64,000 bases of DNA, from the IMG/VR virus record IMGVR_UViG_3300045988_154477; one strand, written 5' to 3'. Below, in pieces: positions 31,582 through 41,295 of the stretch (position 1 is its first letter; each line of letters begins with the position of its first letter). The position numbers were made by a program, and so were the translations under genes. A model generated the notes under the pieces. The model had not been told where the DNA came from. It worked only from the letters and a program-made list of their open reading frames with translations, and ran no database searches. This DNA is from a virus. Lineage: Duplodnaviria > Heunggongvirae > Uroviricota > Caudoviricetes.

Positions 31582-31765
31582 ATTAATGGCACGTAAATAC
31601 AACAAATTGTCCCGTGAAGCGTTAAAGATGCTTCTTGATGGCGTGAGTCGCCGCGAGGTAAAGCAATACCTGGTTGGTAAGCAAATTGGTGCCAGGACCG
31701 CTATTGCTGTGTTATGCCGTCAGGAAATGGTTGTGCTTAAACAGAGAATGCCGGGCAGCAGATAA
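31565..31765 (+). CDS. small protein downstream of doc
   Basis: 66 aa ORF overlapping doc end; P1 pdc position. Confidence 0.4.
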   Translation: MVPQSRLMARKYNKLSREALKMLLDGVSRREVKQYLVGKQIGARTAIAVLCRQEMVVLKQRMPGSR

Positions 31766-31792
31766 AGCCCAATCAGTGATGAAAGGTGTGAT

Positions 31793-32836
31793 GTGAAAGC
31801 CGTAATTACTCCCTTTGTACAAAAAGAGCTTGGCGTCGCCACATTCAAAGTGGATCAGGAAGTCAGAAAGCTGGTGGAGGCTGGCCGTAAATTTATTATG
31901 GAGCCGGTGCCGCGTGAGTTAATCGAGCACATGGACGACGGCCTCGTTGTTTCCGAGCAGACTATGGCAACAAATGAGGCGTTGCAGCCGTTTTTTAACA
32001 GCGATGAACTGTTTCGCCGTATTGGTGGAATTGACGCGCTGGTGGCGTGGTTGCGTAGGAAAGAGGGTCAATGCCAGGCCGCAGATCGTAGTTGGTGTGA
32101 CAACCATATTGTCCACGCTGAACGAGACAATAGCGCGGTGTTGTTGTGCTGGCATCACGATAACCATTACCGGATGCGTGGTTTTAATGAGCTGAAAGAA
32201 ACGCTGCATAATAATCGCGTTAACTGGATACTGGATGTCGCCCGTCAGGAAATGGGGCTTTCAGATGGCCATGATTTAAGTATTCAGGAACTGTGCTGGT
32301 GGGCTTTCATGCGCAACATGATGCACCTGATGCCGGAAGAAGTTTGCCGTATATCAATAAATAAGATGAAAGCCGCAACGCAGGATAGCGGACCTCTGAA
32401 AGAGGCGGATATTCGCCCGTATGACGATCGCGCTACAGCATATGTTCAGATGATGGAAGAACGCGCCGCGCCGATGCGTGCAAAAGTATGCCCTGTGGAT
32501 GTTGACTCCGACCCTGGCATGGCGCATTTTAAAATACCAAAACTTCAATCGCTAAAATTGCCCGAGTACATGGATTTTGTGGCTTCCCGTCCATGCTGTG
32601 GCTGTGGAGCTGCGGGAGCTGGCGCTCACATTACGCCTTATATCGTTCGTCATAGTCGATTATGCGCGCATGACATTTATGCTATTCCTCTGTGCCAGTC
32701 ATGCCAGCGTGATATTGAGCGTGACCGCGATAATTGGGAGAAGACGCACGGTAGGCTGGCGATGCATCAACGATTGTTCTTTGATTACGCGCTTGGAGTC
32801 GGCGCTATCACAAGTCATTCGTCGAGCGTTAGATAA
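31793..32836 (+). CDS. hypothetical Cys/His-rich protein downstream of doc
   Basis: 347 aa; GTG start with AAAGGTG SD; C-terminal PCCGCGAAG...CAHD...CQSCQ cluster. Confidence 0.55.
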   Translation: MKAVITPFVQKELGVATFKVDQEVRKLVEAGRKFIMEPVPRELIEHMDDGLVVSEQTMATNEALQPFFNSDELFRRIGGIDALVAWLRRKEGQCQAADRSWCDNHIVHAERDNSAVLLCWHHDNHYRMRGFNELKETLHNNRVNWILDVARQEMGLSDGHDLSIQELCWWAFMRNMMHLMPEEVCRISINKMKAATQDSGPLKEADIRPYDDRATAYVQMMEERAAPMRAKVCPVDVDSDPGMAHFKIPKLQSLKLPEYMDFVASRPCCGCGAAGAGAHITPYIVRHSRLCAHDIYAIPLCQSCQRDIERDRDNWEKTHGRLAMHQRLFFDYALGVGAITSHSSSVR

Positions 32837-32837
32837 A

Positions 32838-32854
32838 ATTGCTCTAATGTATTG
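32838..32854 (+). promoter_or_regulatory. C1 operator-like site (ATTGCTCTAATGTATTG) upstream of lpa
   Basis: 13/17 match; TTGACA at 32898 downstream. Confidence 0.5.
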
Positions 32855-32924
32855 CTATTTCTTTAATCGAGGGTATTATATTCGACGTTGATTAGTTGAC
32901 ATGGGCTAATCAGTAGGTGACAGG

Positions 32925-33377
32925 ATGTTACTTAACTGGCAGGGACGCCACTTCATGGAAATAAATCACTCACGAATAACATCGTACGAGATTGCGGATT
33001 ACATGATCCGCACTAAATCTCTTCTATCAGCGAAAGAACTCGCAGCAATTCTTGAAAAGGAATACCCGCATCTGGATGTCGATAAGCGCGATGTTTATCT
33101 GCGCTTAAAGGCTATCGCTGTGTCTAAGTATTCGTCTGTTTTGATTGATGACAGTACACGCCCACGTAGATTTCAGATCCACTCTCTGAATCCTGAATTC
33201 TTTCGCCGCAGCCGCGCTCCGCGCCGGTTTGATGAAAAACTCCAGAACGAACTCTATATGACGCAGGACGAAAAGGAACGCCGGGAGCACCAGCCTTGGG
33301 TGATGGCGCGTCAACTTTTCAATAAGGTGGTCCGTCAGCACCGTCATTACGGTAATGCCACATCCGCACGTATCTGA
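32925..33377 (+). CDS. lpa: late promoter activator
   Basis: 150 aa; position immediately upstream of pacA as in P1; C1 operator upstream. Confidence 0.65.
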   Translation: MLLNWQGRHFMEINHSRITSYEIADYMIRTKSLLSAKELAAILEKEYPHLDVDKRDVYLRLKAIAVSKYSSVLIDDSTRPRRFQIHSLNPEFFRRSRAPRRFDEKLQNELYMTQDEKERREHQPWVMARQLFNKVVRQHRHYGNATSARI

Positions 33378-33406
33378 TTGATTGCTTGCCCGTTCCGGGC
33401 CTTTTG

Positions 33407-33427
33407 ACATGTGACTTTCGTTACCCT
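33407..33427 (+). promoter_or_regulatory. candidate late promoter (ACATGTGA-N7-TACCCT) upstream of pacA
   Basis: shares ACA(A/T)GTGA core with prt, lyz and tail-operon sites. Confidence 0.4.
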
Positions 33428-33463
33428 CGCGTCAAAAAGAGTTTTATACGAAAGGAAGCATAA

Positions 33464-34657
33464 GTGACCTGGGACGATCACAAGAAGAATTTTGCTCGCC
33501 TGGCGCGAGATGGTGGTTACACCATCGCACAGTATGCCGCCGAGTTTAATCTTAACCCTAATACCGCACGTCGTTATCTCCGTGCCTTCAAAGAAGACAC
33601 CAGGACAGCGGACAGCCGCAAGCCAAATAAGCCAGTCAGGAAGCCTCTAAAAAGCATGATCATTGATCACGCTAATGATCAACGTGCAGGTGATCACATT
33701 GTGGCTGAAATGGCTGAAAAACAAAGAGTTAATGCTGTTGTCAGTGCCGCAGTCGAGAACGCTAAGCGCCAAAATAAGCGCATAAATGATCGTTCTGATG
33801 ATCATGACGTGATCACCCGCGCCCACCGTACCTTACGTGATCGCCTGGAACGCGACACCCTGGATGATGATGGTGAACGCTTTGAATTCGAAGCTGGCGA
33901 TTACCTGATAGATAACGTTGAAGCGCGGAAGGCCGCGCGCGCTATGTTGCGTCGGTCCGGGGCCGATGTTCTGGAAACCACTCTTCTGGAAAAGTCTCTT
34001 TCTCATCTCCTTATGCTGGAGAACGCCAGGGATACGTGTATTCGTCTGGTGCAGGAAATGCGCGATCAGCAAAAAGACGATGATGAAGGTACTCCGCCTG
34101 AATACCGTATCGCGAGCATGCTAAACAGCTGTTCCGCGCAGATAAGCAGCCTGATCAACACCATTTACAGCATCCGGAATAACTATCGAAAAGAAAGCCG
34201 GGAGGCGGAAAAGCACGCTTTGTCTATGGGGCAAGCTGGCATTGTTAAGCTGGCATACGAACGAAAGCGTGAAAATAACTGGTCAGTGCTGGAAGCAGCT
34301 GAATTCATCGAGGCGCATGGCGGGAAAGTGCCGCCCCTGATGCTGGAGCAAATCAAAGCCGATCTGCGTGCTCCGAAGACCAATACCGATGATGAGGAAA
34401 GGCAAACAGCCGTCGGTGGCCCTTCTCTTGAAGATCTGGACAAAGTTGCGCGAGAACGGGCCGCCAACCGCCGCGCCGATGCCGCATTGTGGATTGAGCA
34501 GCGTAGGGAAGAAATCGCCGATATCGTTGATACAGGCGGTTATGGAGATGTTGATACTGAAGGTGTATCAAACGAACCATGGCTGGAACAAGACCTGGAC
34601 GAAGACGAGGAGGAAGACGAAGAAGTTACCCGCAAGCTATACGGGGATGATGATTAA
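33464..34657 (+). CDS. pacA: terminase small subunit
   Basis: 397 aa; GTG start with AAAGGAAG SD; contains the pac site in its 5' third; acidic C-terminal tail. Confidence 0.85.
   Translation: MTWDDHKKNFARLARDGGYTIAQYAAEFNLNPNTARRYLRAFKEDTRTADSRKPNKPVRKPLKSMIIDHANDQRAGDHIVAEMAEKQRVNAVVSAAVENAKRQNKRINDRSDDHDVITRAHRTLRDRLERDTLDDDGERFEFEAGDYLIDNVEARKAARAMLRRSGADVLETTLLEKSLSHLLMLENARDTCIRLVQEMRDQQKDDDEGTPPEYRIASMLNSCSAQISSLINTIYSIRNNYRKESREAEKHALSMGQAGIVKLAYERKRENNWSVLEAAEFIEAHGGKVPPLMLEQIKADLRAPKTNTDDEERQTAVGGPSLEDLDKVARERAANRRADAALWIEQRREEIADIVDTGGYGDVDTEGVSNEPWLEQDLDEDEEEDEEVTRKLYGDDD
33657..33816. other. pac packaging site: two clusters (4 + 3) of TGATCA/G hexamers
   Basis: TGATCA x4 at 33657-33697 and TGATCG/TGATCA x3 at 33787-33816, each containing a Dam GATC. 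Confidence 0.8.
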
Positions 34658-36141
34658 TGGCCAGAAGTTGCGTAACGGATCCACGTTGGCGCGAGCTGGT
34701 GGCGCTATATCGTTATGACTGGATTGCGGCCGCTGATGTTTTGTTCGGCAAAACACCTACCTGGCAGCAGGATCTGATTATTGAGTCTGTGCAGGAACAG
34801 GGTAGCAAGACATCTGTTTCGTCTGGCCACGGTACCGGGAAATCAGACATGACTTCTATCATGATCATGTTGTTCATAATCATGTATCCCGGTGCCCGAG
34901 CCATTATCGTTGCGAACAAAATTCAGCAGGTAATGACCGGTATATTCAAGTACATCAAGATAAACTGGGCTACTGCCACCAGCCGTTTTCCATGGCTTGC
35001 TGATTATTTTGTTCTGACAGAAACCGCTTTCTATGAGGTTACTGGTAAAGGTGTATGGACTGTAGTACCGAAGGGCTTTCGTCTGGGAAGTGAAGAAGCT
35101 CTCGCCGGTGAACACGCAGATCATCTTCTGTATATTATCGATGAAGCCTCCGGTGTCAGTGATAGAGCTTTCGGTATCATCACCGGTGCTCTTACCGGAC
35201 AGGATAACCGCATCTTATTGCTGTCACAGCCTACACGCCCAAGCGGCTATTTCTACGATACACACCATAAACTGGCCAAGCGTCCTGGTAACCCTGATGG
35301 CGTTTATACGGCGATCACGCTTAACAGTGAGGAATCACCGCTGGTAACGCCAGCATTTATCAAAATGAAGCTGGCGGAGTACGGCGGGCGCGATAACCCT
35401 ATGTACATGATTAAGGTACGCGGCCTATTCCCTAAATCACAGGATGGCTTCCTTCTTGGACGTGATGAGGTTGAACGTGCAACGCGGCGGAAAGTCAAGA
35501 TTGCCAAAGGATGGGGCTGGCTTGCATGTGTGGACGTTGCTGGTGGTACGGGAAGGGATAAGTCCGTTATCAATATCATGATGGTGTCCGGCCAGCGAAA
35601 CAAACGCCGTGTAATCAACTATCGAATGCTGGAATACACAGACGTTACAGAAACGCAGCTTGCCGCCAAAATTTTCGCAGAATGTAATCCTGAGCGATTC
35701 CCAAATATCACCATAGCGATAGACGGTGATGGGCTGGGTAAAGCAACGGCGGATCTGATGTACGAGTATTATGGTATTACCGTACAGCGTATACGCTGGG
35801 GTAAAAAGATGCATAGCCGTGAAGATAAGAGCCTGTACTTTGATAAACGTGCTTATGCCAACGTTCAAGCCGCAGAGGCCGTAAAATCTGGTCGTATGAG
35901 ACTGGATAAGGGTAATGAAACTATTGAGGAAGCGTCGAAAATCCCTGTAGGGATTAACTCCGCAGGTCAATGGAAGGTGATGAGTAAGGAGGATATGAAG
36001 AAAAAACTCAACCTGCACTCACCAGACCATTGGGATACATATTGTTTCGCTATGCTGGCGGATTATGTTCCCCAGGATGAAGTGCTTAGCGTCGAAGACG
36101 AAGCGCAGGTTGATGAAGCTCTGGCATGGCTTAATGAATAA
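34657..36141 (+). CDS. pacB: terminase large subunit
   Basis: 494 aa; terminase ATPase/nuclease-like architecture; TAATG overlap with pacA. Confidence 0.85.
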   Translation: MARSCVTDPRWRELVALYRYDWIAAADVLFGKTPTWQQDLIIESVQEQGSKTSVSSGHGTGKSDMTSIMIMLFIIMYPGARAIIVANKIQQVMTGIFKYIKINWATATSRFPWLADYFVLTETAFYEVTGKGVWTVVPKGFRLGSEEALAGEHADHLLYIIDEASGVSDRAFGIITGALTGQDNRILLLSQPTRPSGYFYDTHHKLAKRPGNPDGVYTAITLNSEESPLVTPAFIKMKLAEYGGRDNPMYMIKVRGLFPKSQDGFLLGRDEVERATRRKVKIAKGWGWLACVDVAGGTGRDKSVINIMMVSGQRNKRRVINYRMLEYTDVTETQLAAKIFAECNPERFPNITIAIDGDGLGKATADLMYEYYGITVQRIRWGKKMHSREDKSLYFDKRAYANVQAAEAVKSGRMRLDKGNETIEEASKIPVGINSAGQWKVMSKEDMKKKLNLHSPDHWDTYCFAMLADYVPQDEVLSVEDEAQVDEALAWLNE

Positions 36142-36165
36142 CTCATTGACCATGCCGGATAGAAA

Positions 36166-37017
36166 CTATTGCGCGCTTTCGGGGTTGTCGTTTACTGGCT
36201 GCCCCTTCTTAGTTTTACGGCTGCGCGTAACTGATGCGGCTGATTTGACCTTTTTCTCTTCGCGAGTGATGGCAATTTGTTTTTTTACATTTTCAATATC
36301 TGCCAGGCGATATATTTTTGCCTGCGGCCAGCGGTCGCAGATGATCGGTTCTATAGAGTCATAAAGGCTAAATTTTGCTTTCTCGAATTCACCGTTGATG
36401 ATGATTCCATCACGGAGAGTTTCATCGCAGATAAACACACCACACAGCGGCACATGGTAACTAACTGATTTACCATCATTGTAGTTAGGGCTACTGGAAA
36501 TGTAATGGACGCGCAGCATTGTTTCGCTAAAGCCGTGTACACGCATACGGAATTTTTCATCCTCCGGGTACTGCTTCATTAGCTCTTTTGTTGCTTCCAG
36601 GTTCTCTATGTATTTCGCACTGTGCTCATTGATCCCCGCGCTTTTCTGGATGCGAATGTCCTTATCAATCAGGTGAATAATGCGGCCAGCGGTCATGTTG
36701 ACGCTGTTCACAGCTTCTGTCTGATAAGTTGTAACCTTACGCACACCGCGAAGGATGTTAGGCACTGGATATAAAATAGTCTTTGGGATATTGAGGTCTG
36801 GGTACTGTTCCAGTTCTCGCGCCATTAAAGTCCATTTATCAATTTCAGCCTGAATGCTGTCCGTTTCTTTGAACGGCAGGACGACAACCGGGCGAACAGG
36901 ACGACCGTCGCTGGCGGCATCAACGTGTTGGGCGCGTGCAACAGCTTTTTTTAGAAAGAGATCCCTGAAGCTGACGAACTCCTGGTACAGTTGTTCGCCG
37001 TAGACATAATTTATCAT
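36166..37017 (-). CDS. c1: C1 repressor of lytic functions
   Basis: 283 aa MINYVYGEQLYQEFVSFRDLFLKK...; GGAGGAGG SD; operator sites upstream. Confidence 0.9.
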   Translation of the reverse strand: MINYVYGEQLYQEFVSFRDLFLKKAVARAQHVDAASDGRPVRPVVVLPFKETDSIQAEIDKWTLMARELEQYPDLNIPKTILYPVPNILRGVRKVTTYQTEAVNSVNMTAGRIIHLIDKDIRIQKSAGINEHSAKYIENLEATKELMKQYPEDEKFRMRVHGFSETMLRVHYISSSPNYNDGKSVSYHVPLCGVFICDETLRDGIIINGEFEKAKFSLYDSIEPIICDRWPQAKIYRLADIENVKKQIAITREEKKVKSAASVTRSRKTKKGQPVNDNPESAQ

Positions 37018-37110
37018 TGATCCTCCTCCAGAATTGACATGGCCAACAACTCACAGCGGATTACACTGGGAGTTGTTGGCCACCATTATAGAAGGATCCA
37101 ACGAAAATAA

Positions 37111-37127
37111 TAGATTTATTAGTGCAT
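37111..37127 (-). promoter_or_regulatory. C1 operator-like site (ATGCACTAATAAATCTA) between coi and c1
   Basis: 14/17 match. Confidence 0.5.
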
Positions 37128-37337
37128 TTATTGTGAGTCTGGCTGGTTAGTGGCCATGAGATATTCGATTGTGTCAGTGAGATCATCCAGGTCGTCTTGG
37201 GTGATGCGGTACTCCTGATTGGATATCTTTGAGTAGTGTTCAGCAATGGCGCGGGCAGCGTCGGTTTCGGCGGGGTCTACAGATAAAGCGTTAGAGCAAT
37301 GTCTAACGTCGTCGATGGTTGGTGGAATGAAAGCCAT
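37128..37337 (-). CDS. coi: C1 inactivator
   Basis: 69 aa acidic protein immediately upstream of c1. Confidence 0.75.
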   Translation of the reverse strand: MAFIPPTIDDVRHCSNALSVDPAETDAARAIAEHYSKISNQEYRITQDDLDDLTDTIEYLMATNQPDSQ

Positions 37338-37575
37338 AATTATGCCTCACTGTATTGACAACACAGAGCCTGAAGCTCTGACCTACTGTTTCACCCATGA
37401 TCCATGCTGGGGTAATCTAACAACATTGCGCTGTGTGTAAGATGAGCAATGCATAGCTGTAATGCCGTTGTATAAGGTTTCCCTGTTTGCTCATTTCCTT
37501 CTGAGCCGCTCTACAACGCTGAAGACACATTAAATAGTGAATCCAAAGTCGTATTACGAAACGGCGGCAAAACTA

Positions 37576-37592
37576 TAATTTATTAGAGCAAT
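37576..37592 (-). promoter_or_regulatory. C1 operator (ATTGCTCTAATAAATTA)
   Basis: 16/17 match; upstream of coi-c1. Confidence 0.6.
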
Positions 37593-37658
37593 TGTCAAAC
37601 AACTATGAAAAACAATCCAGTTTTTGGCTGGTGGAGTGGGATTTTTCTCTCAAAATTT

Positions 37659-37675
37659 ATTGCTCTAATAATTCT
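37659..37675 (+). promoter_or_regulatory. C1 operator (ATTGCTCTAATAATTCT)
   Basis: core match; 44 bp from loxP. Confidence 0.55.
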
Positions 37676-37718
37676 TGATTTTTATGCGCAGCTGGACGTA
37701 AACTCCTCTTCAGACCTA

Positions 37719-37752
37719 ATAACTTCGTATAGCATACATTATACGAAGTTAT
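37719..37752. other. loxP site (Cre recombination target)
   Basis: exact ATAACTTCGTATA-GCATACAT-TATACGAAGTTAT. Confidence 0.97.
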
Positions 37753-37941
37753 CTTAAGGGTTATTGAACATGATCAATTTACCTGTAAATCCATACAGTT
37801 CAATACCTTATCAGGTCAAATAGTGATCACTTGATCATTTGATCAAGGTTGCGCTACGTAAAATCTGTGAAATGTTGGCAGTGTTAGTGCTCCAGATTTC
37901 GCGTAGCGCACTTAGCACCACCAATCAATCAGAGGTGAAAA

Positions 37942-38163
37942 ATGGGATATTCAGCTGCTAAAGTGTCCACTCATATTGAGCTTGAGAAAAACCGTGGTTA
38001 CTGGCGGGCAAAAGGGTTTGATCGTGATAGTTGTCAACTGTCATTATCGCGCGGTGAAGAGAAAATAGAACGCACGCGCGGTCGCTGGCGTTTCTATGAC
38101 GAGAACCATAAACAGGTAAAGGCAGAGCCGATCCTGTACACTTTACTTAAAACCATTATCTGA
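37942..38163 (+). CDS. hypothetical small protein upstream of cre
   Basis: 73 aa; AGAGGTGA SD. Confidence 0.4.
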   Translation: MGYSAAKVSTHIELEKNRGYWRAKGFDRDSCQLSLSRGEEKIERTRGRWRFYDENHKQVKAEPILYTLLKTII

Positions 38164-38170
38164 GTGTTAA

Positions 38171-39202
38171 ATGTCCAATTTACTGACCGTACACCAAAAT
38201 TTGCCTGCATTACCGGTCGATGCAACGAGTGATGAGGTTCGCAAGAACCTGATGGACATGTTCAGGGATCGCCAGGCGTTTTCTGAGCATACCTGGAAAA
38301 TGCTTCTGTCCGTTTGCCGATCGTGGGCGGCATGGTGCAAGTTGAATAACCGGAAATGGTTTCCCGCAGAACCTGAAGATGTTCGCGATTATCTTCTATA
38401 TCTTCAGGCGCGCGGTCTGGCAGTAAAAACTATCCAGCAACATTTGGGCCAGCTAAACATGCTTCATCGTCGGTCCGGGCTGCCACGACCAAGTGACAGT
38501 AATGCTGTTTCACTGGTCATGCGACGGATCCGAAAAGAAAACGTTGATGCCGGTGAACGTGCAAAACAGGCACTGGCGTTCGAACGCACTGATTTCGACC
38601 AGGTTCGTTCACTCATGGAAAATAGCGATCGCTGCCAGGATATACGTAATCTGGCATTTCTGGGGATTGCTTATAACACCCTGTTACGTATAGCCGAAAT
38701 TTCCAGGATCAGGGTTAAAGATATCTCACGTACTGACGGTGGGAGAATGTTAATCCATATTGGCAGAACGAAAACGCTGGTTAGCACCGCAGGTGTAGAG
38801 AAGGCACTTAGCCTGGGGGTAACTAAACTGGTCGAGCGATGGATTTCCGTCTCTGGTGTAGCTGATGATCCGAATAACTACCTGTTTTGCCGGGTCAGAA
38901 AAAATGGTGTTGCCGCGCCATCTGCCACCAGCCAGCTATCAACTCGCGCCCTGGAAGGGATTTTTGAAGCAACTCATCGATTGATTTACGGCGCTAAGGA
39001 TGACTCTGGTCAGAGATACCTGGCCTGGTCTGGACACAGTGCCCGTGTCGGAGCCGCGCGAGATATGGCCCGCGCTGGAGTTTCAATACCGGAGATCATG
39101 CAAGCTGGTGGCTGGACCAACGTAAATATTGTCATGAACTATATCCGTAACCTGGATAGTGAAACAGGGGCAATGGTGCGCCTGCTGGAAGATGGCAATT
39201 AG
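38171..39202 (+). CDS. cre: Cre tyrosine recombinase
   Basis: 343 aa MSNLLTVHQNLPALPVDATSDEVRKNLMDMFRDRQAFSEHTWK... matches P1 Cre across its length as recalled. Confidence 0.97.
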   Translation: MSNLLTVHQNLPALPVDATSDEVRKNLMDMFRDRQAFSEHTWKMLLSVCRSWAAWCKLNNRKWFPAEPEDVRDYLLYLQARGLAVKTIQQHLGQLNMLHRRSGLPRPSDSNAVSLVMRRIRKENVDAGERAKQALAFERTDFDQVRSLMENSDRCQDIRNLAFLGIAYNTLLRIAEISRIRVKDISRTDGGRMLIHIGRTKTLVSTAGVEKALSLGVTKLVERWISVSGVADDPNNYLFCRVRKNGVAAPSATSQLSTRALEGIFEATHRLIYGAKDDSGQRYLAWSGHSARVGAARDMARAGVSIPEIMQAGGWTNVNIVMNYIRNLDSETGAMVRLLEDGN

Positions 39203-39219
39203 CCATTAACACGTAAATG

Positions 39220-39236
39220 ATTGCTCTAATTCTTTG
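39220..39236 (+). promoter_or_regulatory. C1 operator-like site (ATTGCTCTAATTCTTTG)
   Basis: 12-nt core match, between cre and cra. Confidence 0.45.
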
Positions 39237-39252
39237 ATATTTATGGTGGCAT

Positions 39253-39564
39253 ATGAGAAAGGATTTCAACATCGACGGAAAATATGTAGTGCTGTCTGTA
39301 AGCACTAATATTCTGTCGCCATCTGTCATTGTCACCGTAAAGTTGAGCGATAGGATGCCTGATATCGACTCGATATCTGTTGCGTTCCCCGTTAAAAGCA
39401 TGCGGAGTGCTGAACATTTTGTGATGAATGCAACGGAGGAGGAAGCGCGGCGCGGGCTTACTAGAGTGATGGGGGAATTTGGCGAACTCCTGGGTAAGGT
39501 AAACAATGCCCTTTCAATCAGTTCAGCAAGGTCCAAAGCGTTAACAGCTTCCATGATGAAATAA
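39253..39564 (+). CDS. cra: Cre-associated small protein
   Basis: 103 aa; named by position. Confidence 0.5.
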   Translation: MRKDFNIDGKYVVLSVSTNILSPSVIVTVKLSDRMPDIDSISVAFPVKSMRSAEHFVMNATEEEARRGLTRVMGEFGELLGKVNNALSISSARSKALTASMMK

Positions 39565-39696
39565 AAAAAAGCCTGGCAAGGAGCCAGGCTGCACAAAAGA
39601 GCGGGTTTGTATTCCGCATCCAATCAATCAAGAAGGAGTATAGCACACAGGTACTGAAGTGAAAAAATGTGATTCGCGAGAAACAAAATATCTACC

Positions 39697-39726
39697 ATTG
39701 CTCTAATTGATTGCTATAATTTAGCC
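39697..39726 (+). promoter_or_regulatory. two overlapping C1 operator-like sites upstream of ref
   Basis: ATTGCTCTAATTGATTG and ATTGCTATAATTTAGCC. Confidence 0.55.
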
Positions 39727-39780
39727 GCAGTTTTTGTCAACTACGAAGACGTTGCCATTACTTCACTCCTTGACATCATT

Positions 39781-39805
39781 GGCGGCCATTAGGCCGCCTT
39801 TTTTT
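39781..39805 (+). terminator. hairpin plus T-run between the C1-operator promoter and ref (terminator/attenuator-like)
   Basis: GGCGGCC-atta-GGCCGCC then T7, 6 nt before ref ATG. Confidence 0.55.
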
Positions 39806-39810
39806 GCCAT

Positions 39811-40371
39811 ATGAAAACAATCGAACAAAAACTTGAACAGCGCCGCGAGTGGCAGAAGGCAGCCAGAGAACGAGCGATCGCTCGGCAACGGGAAAAGTTG
39901 GCTGACCCCGCCTGGCGAGAATCGCAATATCAGAAAATGCGGGATTCTATCGACCGCCGTATCGCTAAACAGAAAGAGCGCCCACCAGCCAGCAAAACGC
40001 GGAAAAGTGCGGTAAAAATAAAATCTCGTGGCTTGAAGGGGAGAACACCAACGGCGGAGGAACGGCGCATCGCCAATGCTCTTGGCACTCTCCCCTGCAT
40101 TGCCTGCTATATGCATGGAGTAATATCTAATGAGGTGTCTCTGCACCATATCGCCGGTCGTACCGCGCCGGGTTGTCATAAAAAGCAATTGCCACTTTGT
40201 AGATGGCACCACCAGCATGCAGCACCGGCTGAAGTAAGAGCAAAATACCCCTGGCTGGTCCCTGTTCATGCCGATGGTGTGGTTGGAGGCAAGAAAGAAT
40301 TCACCCTGCTGAACAAGTCAGAGATGGAGTTACTGGCTGACGCCTATGAGATGGCAAACATCATGCACTAA
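39811..40371 (+). CDS. ref: Ref HNH endonuclease (recombination enhancement function)
   Basis: 186 aa; HNH-type Cys/His motif CIACYMHGVISNEVSLHHIAGR...CRWHH. Confidence 0.8.
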   Translation: MKTIEQKLEQRREWQKAARERAIARQREKLADPAWRESQYQKMRDSIDRRIAKQKERPPASKTRKSAVKIKSRGLKGRTPTAEERRIANALGTLPCIACYMHGVISNEVSLHHIAGRTAPGCHKKQLPLCRWHHQHAAPAEVRAKYPWLVPVHADGVVGGKKEFTLLNKSEMELLADAYEMANIMH

Positions 40372-40379
40372 TAAATATA
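40363..40379 (+). promoter_or_regulatory. C1 operator-like site (ATGCACTAATAAATATA) overlapping ref stop
   Basis: 14/17 match; TTGACA at 40391. Confidence 0.45.
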
Positions 40380-40521
40380 TTATTTTTAATGATAAATGAT
40401 TGACAACTGACAAGTGACTTCAGTCAGAATCATCACATGCCCGGTACGGATGGATCCCTTTTCAAATATTCCATGGACGGCACAGTCTGAGTACCGGGCG
40501 CTACCTTCAGTTGTATTGCTA

Positions 40522-40547
40522 AGCCGCCGCTGGTGGCTTTTCTTTTT
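40522..40547 (+). terminator. hairpin plus T-run in the leader of the next gene (attenuator-like)
   Basis: GCCGCC-gct-GGTGGC then TTTTCTTTTTT. Confidence 0.4.
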
Positions 40548-40560
40548 TGTAGGGGGCGCT

Positions 40561-41202
40561 ATGGATAAGAAAATATGCGTTGTTTCGATGAGCGTCGGCA
40601 AACCGGCGTCAATGACTGCTGCATGGATCAATAACGAGCTGATAATGGCTGAGCGGACCAGCTACCCTGAACGCCGCCGCGATATGGAACTCCAGCTGCT
40701 GCGCGAATTGCGAGAAAAAGAGGAAAAGGGTTTTATCGTGCTGGTGGAAGAGGAAAACAGCTTTATTACTGGTCGAGTTGGCCAGCGTGTAAGGTTGCGC
40801 GATCCCTTCATGAACGGCAGGCCGGTACTAATTGAGGCAATGCAGATTTATAAGGAGCTGGAACGCCAGAAAGCAATCAAGTTACCGCGCAAGGAATCCG
40901 GCAAATACATTCTCCACCAAAGCATCTTCGATTCCGAACACGATAAAAAAGGCGATGAATTTTTCAACATCAACTGGAGCGAAATAACGACAGAGCATGT
41001 TCTGACGTTACTATGTTGCTTTGCGACGGAATACAACAACGTTGCCAGCGCCGACTACATCAGGGCAATGGCTGGAGAAGTTGAGGCCCGCCAAGAACCA
41101 TCGTTACTAAGTCCACTGATTAACATAATTCTGGGCACCCAGATACTGGAACAAAAAAAAGTGCCGAAAGGGGTATTAACAGGCAAGCATAATTATTTTT
41201 AA
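40561..41202 (+). CDS. mat: particle maturation protein candidate
   Basis: 213 aa from ATG 40561 (GGGGG SD); track ORF begins at GTG 40414 but that extension contains the hairpin/T-run; named by P1 position. Confidence 0.5.
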   Translation: MDKKICVVSMSVGKPASMTAAWINNELIMAERTSYPERRRDMELQLLRELREKEEKGFIVLVEEENSFITGRVGQRVRLRDPFMNGRPVLIEAMQIYKELERQKAIKLPRKESGKYILHQSIFDSEHDKKGDEFFNINWSEITTEHVLTLLCCFATEYNNVASADYIRAMAGEVEARQEPSLLSPLINIILGTQILEQKKVPKGVLTGKHNYF

Positions 41203-41295
41203 CAATTACATACAGTAATTTTGTGGTTACATTCTCCATTGATTTTCTAACCGCTTTATCATTAGATGTAACAGCATGTAAATCATTTAAAATGG

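Noticed and set aside
37246-37440. 64-aa plus-strand ORF overlapping coi
   Set aside because: Antisense to coi and within the operator-rich c1 control region.
38171-39202. Cre (and Cin) as integrase/transposase marking an integrated prophage or mobile element boundary
   Set aside because: No att-type direct repeats, no integrase-type junction and no IS elements; the recombinases have plasmid-dimer resolution and inversion roles, consistent with a plasmid-form prophage.
40414-40560. GTG-initiated N-terminal extension of the mat-position gene
   Set aside because: Contains a hairpin plus T-run and a promoter-like TTGACA; more consistent with a leader than coding sequence.
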